A stretch of DNA of 64,000 bases from a virus. A program made the translations under genes and the position numbers. The stretch lies in the IMG/VR virus record IMGVR_UViG_3300022753_000060; one strand, written 5' to 3'. Shown here one piece after another: positions 49,468 through 57,899 of this stretch (positions within the stretch are counted from its first letter, which is position 1; each line of letters opens with the position of its first letter). The notes beneath the pieces were generated by a model. That model did no database searches, had not been told where the DNA came from, and worked only from the letters and a program-made list of their open reading frames with translations.

Positions 49468-51399
49468 ATGATAAATGAATTAAATGAAATATTTGAAGCA
49501 TATTTAAAGGCTACTGGAAAAGATCCTACAGATAATTCTATTAGGTTTGGTGTTGAAAGTGATGCTCTTTGCCATAAAGCAAAAAATTATTTAGATATAG
49601 ATAATACTGGACTATTAAGTGTATTAACTATGAGAGAAGCTTACAAATCTTTTATTAAAGAACATTACTATACTATTGAAGAATTACTTGATGGTAATTG
49701 GTATGAAGAAAAGAAAAAATTTGTTCATGTTGAATATTTATTGAATTCAGGTAAAGCCGGAGAAGTGTACCATAAATTCATAGATTTAATCATTAAACAT
49801 GCTTCAGTGTTAGGTAAAAATTATACAGAAGAAGATATTGAATCTATTAAAAAGATAGAAAATATCATAACTAAAGCTATTGAAAAGTTTAATAATAAAT
49901 ATTCTTTTAAGCATGAGAAATTTAGTGAAGGTGAAATTAAAATAAATAAAAATGTAACAATACTCCCTAGATTATATAGATTTCAACATTTAAAATTATT
50001 TGTAGATAAAATGAAAAATGCAAGTGAAGATAATTTTATATGTATGGCTTTGATAGATAGAACAAACGAAAAGATTGAAGATGAATACTATGATAATAAC
50101 TTAGATTCTTTCTTTGCTTTTGGTTTTAAGAATAATGGTGTCGTATGGGTAGTATCAGATAGGGTAACTTATGATAGTCCTGAAGGTGCTTTTAAGTCTA
50201 GAAACCCTGGCAGAGCTATGAGAGATAAGATAGACTATGATTGGTTACCTTATTATAAATTAGATAAGATAAAGCAATCAAATGAGCATGTGAATCAAGT
50301 ATTATTACCTTTTAATGATAACGCAAAAGAAAGTGGCTATAATATAGTTGATCTATTTGATGATGAAGGTGTTATATATTCTACTTTAATAATGACTTTA
50401 ATTTACAACAAATATTTCTGCAATTCAATAGAAGAAAACTTTAATAGGAAATACTTCTCGTCTGAAGTAAAATTATTACCACTCAATGATTCTAAAGCTT
50501 TAGTATCTTCTAATGAGCTACAGTTGCCTATTCTTCCGAATAATATCAAAGCAGATACTTATATCTATGAAGGTAAATCATATTCAAATTCATTATTTGA
50601 TTATTTAATTGATCAATACCCATTAAAAACAGAATTACCTATATTAAAAAGTTTTATTGGAGATAAGGAAACAGCTGAAAAATATATCTGGTGGAATATC
50701 AGAAAACAACAAAAGGATCATATAGAAGCTTGTTTAAAAGAGCAAGATAACTATGAAGGGCGTAAAAAATTAGAAGACTGGCACCAAAATAATATTTCTA
50801 AAAATATTAAATCCATAGTTAAAATAATGATAGAAACACCTGATAGAGATGGGTTTAAAGATAACTATAAGAATAGTTATTCTAACAATAATCAAGATAA
50901 TAGAAAAATGTTTTGGGAAGCATTTAGAGATAATGACGATTTAAATACTTATAGTTTAAAAACTTTTGAAAATGAGCATAAACAATCTTTTGCTAGATAT
51001 GATGGTTATACTGAAACTGACTATGGTAATATTTACTATAGTTTATATGGTACGAGAAATTATATTTGGTTTGCTAATGACAATGATAGAAAGTACTGTG
51101 AAATAGAATTAATATTAAGAAGCCATAGCGATTTAGAAAAATTTTTTAATATAACAAATGAAGAAATACCTCAGGTACTGAGAAAACATTTTTATTCTAG
51201 ATCTAGTGCATGTACATTATATTCATGGAAACCTTATACTGGAAATAGTATTTTAGAATTTACTGATCCAATGAATGAGATAAAAGATCCATTTGAAGAT
51301 TTTGGGTGTCATATAAGTATAGTATTATCTAAATCAAAATTAAAAGAGTTAAAAAGAAAAATTCAGATAAAAGCTCATGAAATTAATTTACTTTTATAA
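49468..51399 (+). CDS. hypothetical large protein
   Basis: 643-aa ORF, no recognisable motif by eye. Confidence 0.5.
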   Translation: MINELNEIFEAYLKATGKDPTDNSIRFGVESDALCHKAKNYLDIDNTGLLSVLTMREAYKSFIKEHYYTIEELLDGNWYEEKKKFVHVEYLLNSGKAGEVYHKFIDLIIKHASVLGKNYTEEDIESIKKIENIITKAIEKFNNKYSFKHEKFSEGEIKINKNVTILPRLYRFQHLKLFVDKMKNASEDNFICMALIDRTNEKIEDEYYDNNLDSFFAFGFKNNGVVWVVSDRVTYDSPEGAFKSRNPGRAMRDKIDYDWLPYYKLDKIKQSNEHVNQVLLPFNDNAKESGYNIVDLFDDEGVIYSTLIMTLIYNKYFCNSIEENFNRKYFSSEVKLLPLNDSKALVSSNELQLPILPNNIKADTYIYEGKSYSNSLFDYLIDQYPLKTELPILKSFIGDKETAEKYIWWNIRKQQKDHIEACLKEQDNYEGRKKLEDWHQNNISKNIKSIVKIMIETPDRDGFKDNYKNSYSNNNQDNRKMFWEAFRDNDDLNTYSLKTFENEHKQSFARYDGYTETDYGNIYYSLYGTRNYIWFANDNDRKYCEIELILRSHSDLEKFFNITNEEIPQVLRKHFYSRSSACTLYSWKPYTGNSILEFTDPMNEIKDPFEDFGCHISIVLSKSKLKELKRKIQIKAHEINLLL

Positions 51400-51443
51400 G
51401 TAATTATTGTATAATATAAATAATTAATAAGGAGATTATAAAA

Positions 51444-51914
51444 ATGGATAAAGAATTCGAAAAACAGTTAGAGGATTTTTATCAAGGTTATAGGGATAGA
51501 GCCAACTGGCCTTTGTGCGATGGGATACGGGTTGACGACCTTGCAAGAGACACCGCCAAATTTTTTAAAAAATTTAAAAGCGTGCAATTTACTAATACTA
51601 AAGATGAGCAAATTAAAAGAAGAATTGCTATCTATGAAAAACAATTTATTGAGCAAACCAATGAGAATTACGAACTCAAACAACAACTTGCAGAGAAAGA
51701 AAAAGAGTTTAATTGGCTACATCAAAAGTTTGCAAAATTTGTAGAAAGCAACCAAGATAAAATCTCATTCGCAGTAGAGCGAATTAAAAATTTAAAATCG
51801 TTGATATTAAATAGCTGGCGAAAGAATTATTGTAACTTATTTTTAGACGATATTGAAGAAATAATCGACAACCAAGTAGAACAACTCAAAAAGGAGATGA
51901 TGAAAAGTGAGTAA
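51444..51914 (+). CDS. hypothetical protein
   Basis: 156-aa ORF, RBS aaggagatt. Confidence 0.45.
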   Translation: MDKEFEKQLEDFYQGYRDRANWPLCDGIRVDDLARDTAKFFKKFKSVQFTNTKDEQIKRRIAIYEKQFIEQTNENYELKQQLAEKEKEFNWLHQKFAKFVESNQDKISFAVERIKNLKSLILNSWRKNYCNLFLDDIEEIIDNQVEQLKKEMMKSE

Positions 51915-52395
51915 ATGTGTTAAATGCGGAAATGAAATTTTAACAGGAGATATCCATTGGGAAATGGGCTTATGTAACAACTGTTATAATGAATTATATA
52001 AAGACCATAAAACTCATATTAGTTTGGATAATATGTGGTTGAAACTTGCTCAAGATTTTAGAGATGAGAACGAAAAATTGCAAGACAAGGTAACCGACCT
52101 AGAAGCAAAACTAGTATTGAAATCTTCATTTAGTAAGTTTACATTATCTGACGAGTTATATAAATTATATATAAATTTGGAAAGAGAATATACAAAATCA
52201 AGCCAAGAAATTGCTGAGAGAGGTAAAGAAATTGAAAAATTAAGAGTTATGTTAGATACCTCTTTAACAAAACTCCATAAAGCAAGGAGGAAAATAAATA
52301 GAGTATTATTGAAAATAGCTAAATTTGAAGCCGAATTAGATAATTATACTATACAAAATGAAACTTTCTTAAAGAGAGGCAATCAGCATGAATAA
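51907..52395 (+). CDS. coiled-coil protein with N-terminal zinc ribbon
   Basis: CVKCGN...CNNC then heptad-rich sequence. Confidence 0.4.
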   Translation: MSKCVKCGNEILTGDIHWEMGLCNNCYNELYKDHKTHISLDNMWLKLAQDFRDENEKLQDKVTDLEAKLVLKSSFSKFTLSDELYKLYINLEREYTKSSQEIAERGKEIEKLRVMLDTSLTKLHKARRKINRVLLKIAKFEAELDNYTIQNETFLKRGNQHE

Positions 52396-53368
52396 AGATA
52401 TAAAAATAATAGGATTAGACATAGCAGAAGATAGGTTACCTAAACTGGTTGTGATGTGTGGTTTGCAAGGTTCCGGTAAATCAACTATTGCAGAAGAATT
52501 GAGTTTGAAATATAACATGATTGTATTATCTAGTGATAAATTAAGAAAAGAATTTCCAGATGAGAACAATGAATTTATTTTTAGACGCTTATATAATCAA
52601 GCAAATATAGCTTTGAAACAAGGATTAAATGTTATCCTAGATGCAACTAATATTACAATTAAATCTAGAAAACAAATATTTTTAAATATAAAAGAACCTT
52701 GTAAAAAGATTTGTTACATAGTAAACACGCCTTATGAAGTATGTATAGAAAGAGTTAAAAAAAGAAATGAAGATATAAATTCTCATCAAGTTCCATTAGA
52801 AGTGGTTAGAAGATATTTAGAATCTTTTGAAGTACCTTTTTATGAAGAAGGATGGGACAACATATTACTGTATAATATTATAGGGCATAATGAGTCTGTA
52901 GAAAATTTTAATAATATGATGAAATCTGCATTTGGATTTGACCAACATAATAAACATCATACTCAATTATTACATGAACATTTAGAATCGGTTGCTAATC
53001 AATTATATGATATAGATAATGTTTTATATGAAGCAGGATTATTACATGATATAGGCAAACTTGATACGCAGACATATAAAGAAAATGACCCTAATGCACA
53101 TTACTATAATCATGCCAATGTTGGTGCTTATAAAGTATTATGTAATTATATGTCTTGGTATATGATAGAACAATTAGGAGAAGATTATCCTAAATATGAT
53201 ACTACATTAGATATAGTATTTTACATAAATTATCATATGCATATGTATAATATTAAAACTGAAAAATCTGAAAGGAAGTGGAGACAAGTATTTGGGGATA
53301 TAAAATTTAATAATTTAAAATTGTTAAATGAAGCTGACCAATTTAATCATAGTAAGGAGATAAAATAA
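52388..53368 (+). CDS. polynucleotide kinase-like P-loop kinase fused to HD phosphohydrolase domain (RNA end-healing enzyme candidate)
   Basis: Walker A MCGLQGSGKST (cf. T4 Pnk GxPGSGKST), D-x-T later; C-terminal HD motif LLHDIGK and H..H pairs. Confidence 0.55.
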   Translation: MNKDIKIIGLDIAEDRLPKLVVMCGLQGSGKSTIAEELSLKYNMIVLSSDKLRKEFPDENNEFIFRRLYNQANIALKQGLNVILDATNITIKSRKQIFLNIKEPCKKICYIVNTPYEVCIERVKKRNEDINSHQVPLEVVRRYLESFEVPFYEEGWDNILLYNIIGHNESVENFNNMMKSAFGFDQHNKHHTQLLHEHLESVANQLYDIDNVLYEAGLLHDIGKLDTQTYKENDPNAHYYNHANVGAYKVLCNYMSWYMIEQLGEDYPKYDTTLDIVFYINYHMHMYNIKTEKSERKWRQVFGDIKFNNLKLLNEADQFNHSKEIK

Positions 53369-54036
53369 TGACAGATTTGGAAATGAAGAAATTAGCAGAA
53401 TGTACAAGAGAAGAATTAATTGATATAATTATCAGTATGGATAAACAATTAGAATCAAATAATTCTTTAAAAGAAAGTATTGCAAGAGGAATTAAAGAAG
53501 GTTTAACACCACCTAATACTTTAGATATAAAAGATGGGCAAATTTATGTGAAAAGCAATAATGATTGGTCTTTCCAAGATTGTAGTTATGCAGTCACTTC
53601 TCAATTAGATGAATTTAAAAGACTTGCAAAAGAAGCTCAAGAAATAAATAAAGAAATAGATTTTGTTATTAAAGATAAATTTTTAAATTATAAATTTATT
53701 AGCGGTAAAGATGATAGATTTAAAATAGGTAAGTTAGAAGTCTTAGACCCATTTAATGTAACTGACACAGAAATTAATGCACGAAAAGAAACATTAAAAA
53801 ATTTAAAGTTATTAATGTCTGCTTACAAATTAGGTTTTGATGATTTTGCAAAAAATAACTATTTTATTGCTTATACTCATTTCAAAGAAATAATAAAAGA
53901 ATCTAAATTAAAAGAGAAACATAAAGAAGATATTTTGAATAAAGCTTGGAAAGATTATGCTAATTATTGGGATCTTTATAATACGCCTATATATGTAAAT
54001 ATTGATACCACAAAAGAGGGTTCTGTGAATGAATAA
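53368..54036 (+). CDS. hypothetical protein
   Basis: 222-aa ORF. Confidence 0.45.
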   Translation: MTDLEMKKLAECTREELIDIIISMDKQLESNNSLKESIARGIKEGLTPPNTLDIKDGQIYVKSNNDWSFQDCSYAVTSQLDEFKRLAKEAQEINKEIDFVIKDKFLNYKFISGKDDRFKIGKLEVLDPFNVTDTEINARKETLKNLKLLMSAYKLGFDDFAKNNYFIAYTHFKEIIKESKLKEKHKEDILNKAWKDYANYWDLYNTPIYVNIDTTKEGSVNE

Positions 54037-54241
54037 AGACCAAGAATTGCTAATGAAGATAATGTTTGATAAACAACTTTCAAAAAGAGATGATAAAACT
54101 ATTTTAGAAAGCATTAAAACTGAGATAAAATCAGAAGAATTAAAATTAGAAGATACTTCGTACAATTCTGCTTTTTCAGCTGGTTGGATACTCGGTTCTA
54201 TCCATACATATCATAAAGTAGAAGAAATATTGGATAAATGA
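54029..54241 (+). CDS. hypothetical small protein (ends at TGA; 3 more sense codons if read through)
   Basis: 70-aa ORF. Confidence 0.35.
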   Translation: MNKDQELLMKIMFDKQLSKRDDKTILESIKTEIKSEELKLEDTSYNSAFSAGWILGSIHTYHKVEEILDK

Positions 54242-54408
54242 TTGAAAGGTTTATAAAAAGATATAAAATTTTTAAAAAGGAATTAATTATGATAGAAGGG
54301 TTACTAATTCTTATAGCGACATTATTATTTTTTTTAGTTGCGATTATTTTAGTAAAATATTAACTAAGGAATTAATATTATTAAAAATAACAAGGAGAAA
54401 TTAATAAA

Positions 54409-54963
54409 ATGAATCAAAAAATTAGAAATAATACATTCGAAACAAATAGTTCATCTATTCATAGCTTAGCAATTTGCAAAACGGATAAAACAGATACCCA
54501 GTTTGAATTATTAGCTTCAGAATATGAAGTAAATATTCCATTGGAAAATTTTGATTATGATATGATACTAGATGAGCCTTATGATATATTATCATATTTA
54601 TATAGTTACTCGGTAGTATCTAAATATTGGAAGCTATATGATCTAATTATCAAAACTTTTCCAAATTGCATTTTTGAAAAACCTAGATATGATTTGCCTT
54701 GGAATAGTAAAAAAGGTTATTGTAATGATAGATCTATAATAAGTTTTTGTGATGTTATAAATTGTCATATGGCACCATTATTAGAAAAAAATGCGCAAGA
54801 ATATATTTTAGATCATCTTGCAAAAGTTGTTTTTTCAAGTAAAATATGTATAATGAGAGATCTAAATTTTGGTAATTATATAGATGAAAGAGATGATATA
54901 ATTGACAAAGAAAAATATAAAAAAGAAAATTTTGAAATAATATTTGATGAAGAAGAATTTTAA
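54409..54963 (+). CDS. MKQxIR-TFETNSSSxHS family protein (paralog 6)
   Basis: MNQKIRNNTFETNSSSIHSLAI; 184 aa. Confidence 0.6.
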   Translation: MNQKIRNNTFETNSSSIHSLAICKTDKTDTQFELLASEYEVNIPLENFDYDMILDEPYDILSYLYSYSVVSKYWKLYDLIIKTFPNCIFEKPRYDLPWNSKKGYCNDRSIISFCDVINCHMAPLLEKNAQEYILDHLAKVVFSSKICIMRDLNFGNYIDERDDIIDKEKYKKENFEIIFDEEEF

Positions 54964-55044
54964 ATAATTCTTCTTTTTTAATGAAATTTAGTTTACTTTT
55001 TATTTTGTATAATATATAATATGGATGATTAAATAGGAGGTATT

Positions 55045-55254
55045 ATGGTAGTTACATGCAAAGTAATTAGTCTATTCAAGACAAGCAAAGAAGATAGAAT
55101 GTTTATACCAGAGAAAGATTTTAGTTTTGAAGACTTGATTAGATGGGTTTATAGGAATTGCCCAGGAGAAAGAAAGATAATAATTGAAGATAATTGTGTT
55201 CAAGCGCATTATGAAGAGCGTGTGGAACTGTATTATATAAGAGAAGGAGAATAA
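55045..55254 (+). CDS. hypothetical small protein
   Basis: 69 aa; promoter motif and RBS taggaggt upstream. Confidence 0.4.
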   Translation: MVVTCKVISLFKTSKEDRMFIPEKDFSFEDLIRWVYRNCPGERKIIIEDNCVQAHYEERVELYYIREGE

Positions 55255-55255
55255 T

Positions 55256-56284
55256 ATGTTTAAAGATGTAATAGAAGAATTAGGATTAACTGAAGAACAA
55301 CTTAAAGACAAAGAAATTTGTAATTTTGCTATGCAATATGCATATAGAAAACAACAAGGAGATTGGATTCAATTTAAAAATGGAAATGGTATCTGCGAGA
55401 TAAATAGAAAAGATGGAACACAAATAACTACTGTTTTATCAGATGAAGAATTTAAAGCAGATTTTCCACTTAATTGTGATATGTCTATATCTGAAAGATG
55501 TAACATGGGTTGTAAATTCTGTTATTTGGAGTGTACACCAAATGGTAAAGAAGCTAACATTAAAAAATTTATTGAAGATAAAAATAGTTTCTTATACTCT
55601 TTGCACCCTGGCACTGAATTGGCAATTAATGGTAATGAACCTTTACATGAAGATTTAGATTTATTATTAGAATTTTGTAAAGAAAGAGACATACTTGCAA
55701 ATTTAACTGTTAATGAAATTACTTTGATGAGAAATAAAGAAATTATCGAGAAATGGTTAGATGATAGTTATATTCATGGTATTGGTGTTAGTCCATCTAC
55801 TTACACACAAAATATGATTGATTGGTGTAAAGAACATTCAACATCTGTTATTCATACTATTGCAGGTATAACCACAGCAGAGCAATATAACCAATTGAAA
55901 GACCAGGGTTTAAAGATACTTATTTTAGGGTATAAAGAATTTGGTAGAGGTGTAGATTACAATTTATTTTTAGGAGACAAAGTTTCTAAAAATATCAAAT
56001 GGTTAAAAGAAAATATATTAGATTTAACTGAACATTTTGAAGTAACATCTTTTGATAACTTAGCTATCGAACAACTTGAGATGAAAGGGAAATTAAGTGA
56101 GAAAACATGGTCATCTTTTTATAGAGGAGATGAAGGTTCACATACAATGTATATAGATTTAGTTAATGAAACTTTTGCTAAAAATAGCATTCAATCAAGA
56201 AGTAATCATTATAAATTAAAAAATAATATAAATGAGATGCTTGAAATCGTTCAATGCCCTGAATTAAATCAAATTTGGAGATAA
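55256..56284 (+). CDS. radical SAM enzyme
   Basis: CNMGCKFCY (CxxxCxxC) at ~aa 83; 342 aa. Confidence 0.5.
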   Translation: MFKDVIEELGLTEEQLKDKEICNFAMQYAYRKQQGDWIQFKNGNGICEINRKDGTQITTVLSDEEFKADFPLNCDMSISERCNMGCKFCYLECTPNGKEANIKKFIEDKNSFLYSLHPGTELAINGNEPLHEDLDLLLEFCKERDILANLTVNEITLMRNKEIIEKWLDDSYIHGIGVSPSTYTQNMIDWCKEHSTSVIHTIAGITTAEQYNQLKDQGLKILILGYKEFGRGVDYNLFLGDKVSKNIKWLKENILDLTEHFEVTSFDNLAIEQLEMKGKLSEKTWSSFYRGDEGSHTMYIDLVNETFAKNSIQSRSNHYKLKNNINEMLEIVQCPELNQIWR

Positions 56285-56285
56285 T

Positions 56286-56747
56286 ATGACTATATATGAA
56301 ATTCGCGATGATAAGAAGTATTACAAAAATAATAAACATGTTAGCAAAAAATCTGTTTTAGAAGCATTAAAACCATATCAATTAGCCAAATTAAATGAAA
56401 ATAAAATTTGTAAAGTTAGAGATAAACAAGAGCAGCTTGTCTCACAACAGAAAACATATCAAGATTCAATCAAACAGCCTAATATTAATAAATTTACTGT
56501 AAATGAATTAAAACCTAGAGAATTAAAGATTATTGAAAAAGTAAAATCTAAATATAAAGTAGAGAGGATATTTTACATAAGAAAGGGATATCAAGATGAG
56601 TTATGGAGAAAGAATCCAAAAGGATATTGGAACTTTGTTTGCATACTATCTAATACTCTAGAACTAACAGTTAATAAGGCGATTCTAGAAGATATAAAAA
56701 TGCAGAAAAAAGAAGCGTCTAAAATTAATAAAGAAAGTGCATTCTAG
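56286..56747 (+). CDS. hypothetical basic protein
   Basis: 153-aa ORF. Confidence 0.45.
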   Translation: MTIYEIRDDKKYYKNNKHVSKKSVLEALKPYQLAKLNENKICKVRDKQEQLVSQQKTYQDSIKQPNINKFTVNELKPRELKIIEKVKSKYKVERIFYIRKGYQDELWRKNPKGYWNFVCILSNTLELTVNKAILEDIKMQKKEASKINKESAF

Positions 56748-56759
56748 GAGATTTATTGT

Positions 56760-57083
56760 ATGATTACATATTTTAACAAAACTTTTAAGCAGTTCACTGT
56801 TGGTGATAAGATTGATGTAAGTATTATCGCTTATGAGATATCTGAGGAAGATATGATTAAATTAAGTCAAGAACAATCTATAAGTTATGAGCCATTGAAA
56901 ATAGGATTAATTGCTAAAGAATGTGATAATCTGATTGACTTAGCAGTAGATAATATTGAGGATGGAAGAATAATTGAGGGTGGTTTGACATCAGAGGGTA
57001 AATTTATGTTAAATCAGTATATAGTACACAAAGGCTTAAATGAATTTTTAAAGATGAAACAGCTAGGAGGGTCTAATGAATAA
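56760..57083 (+). CDS. hypothetical protein
   Basis: 107-aa ORF. Confidence 0.4.
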   Translation: MITYFNKTFKQFTVGDKIDVSIIAYEISEEDMIKLSQEQSISYEPLKIGLIAKECDNLIDLAVDNIEDGRIIEGGLTSEGKFMLNQYIVHKGLNEFLKMKQLGGSNE

Positions 57084-57186
57084 AGAAGAATTATTAGCAA
57101 TGAGTGATATATCAATATTTTACTAGTATCTTGCATTAGGAAATGTAATTACATTTAATAATGGTCTTGCAGATTTTGAATTAACT

Positions 57187-57423
57187 ATGACAGAAAGTCC
57201 ATATTTTAGAGTATTGGCAAGAAACATGAACTATCCAGAATTTGAACCTTATGTATATGATGATATGTTATATGTAGGGAATGTACTTGGTATTATTGAT
57301 TATTTAAAGCGACAACCTAGTACTATAAATCCACACCTAAAAGAAGATAATAGATGGAATGAAATTAAAACTATTGTTGGAATGACAGTAGGTCTAAATG
57401 AATTTAATTATAAAAAGAGGTAG
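57187..57423 (+). CDS. hypothetical protein (start uncertain)
   Basis: 78-aa ORF without obvious RBS. Confidence 0.3.
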   Translation: MTESPYFRVLARNMNYPEFEPYVYDDMLYVGNVLGIIDYLKRQPSTINPHLKEDNRWNEIKTIVGMTVGLNEFNYKKR

Positions 57424-57425
57424 AT

Positions 57426-57596
57426 ATGTGTTGGTTCTGTAAACATAAATATAAGATTATAAAAGTAGTGCAAGTTTATGATGATGATTTTAATCATTGG
57501 TTAAAAACAAATAATACAAAAAATGATTTACCAATATATCATAAGTATGTTCTTCAATGTGTAAACTGCGGTAAACTTAAAACTAAAAAAGTATAA
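57426..57596 (+). CDS. small zinc-ribbon protein
   Basis: 56 aa MCWFCKHK...CVNCGK. Confidence 0.3.
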   Translation: MCWFCKHKYKIIKVVQVYDDDFNHWLKTNNTKNDLPIYHKYVLQCVNCGKLKTKKV

Positions 57597-57899
57597 AAAA
57601 GTAAACTCCAGTGTAAACCTTACTTAAATAATTAAAGTTTGCTACAAAGCTTCTATATAAGCGCTTATATAAATATATTATAGAGACTTAAAGTCTCTAT
57701 AAATAATATTAATATATATAATATATGCTTGATATAGATTGATTATGATAGCTATAGCGCAGCAAAAATTATGAAAAATAATGTTTATGTAAACTCTAAA
57801 CGAGTTTACAGCGCTAAAATTAAAAAATTTAATCCAAACAGAATTTAATTTCAAAAGTTTTAGCTAAATTTATCGTAAAGAGGAGATACTAGAAGATAG

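Noticed and set aside
57109-57186. Possible in-frame TAG (57130-57132) linking ORF 56760-57083 / ATG 57109 to ORF 57187-57423
   Set aside because: It is a single instance, and TAG is used as a normal terminator by at least a dozen solid genes here (3121-3525, 4296-5105, 12479-13219 and others). No suppressor tRNA with a CUA anticodon was seen. More likely a non-coding spacer with an uncertain start for the downstream ORF.
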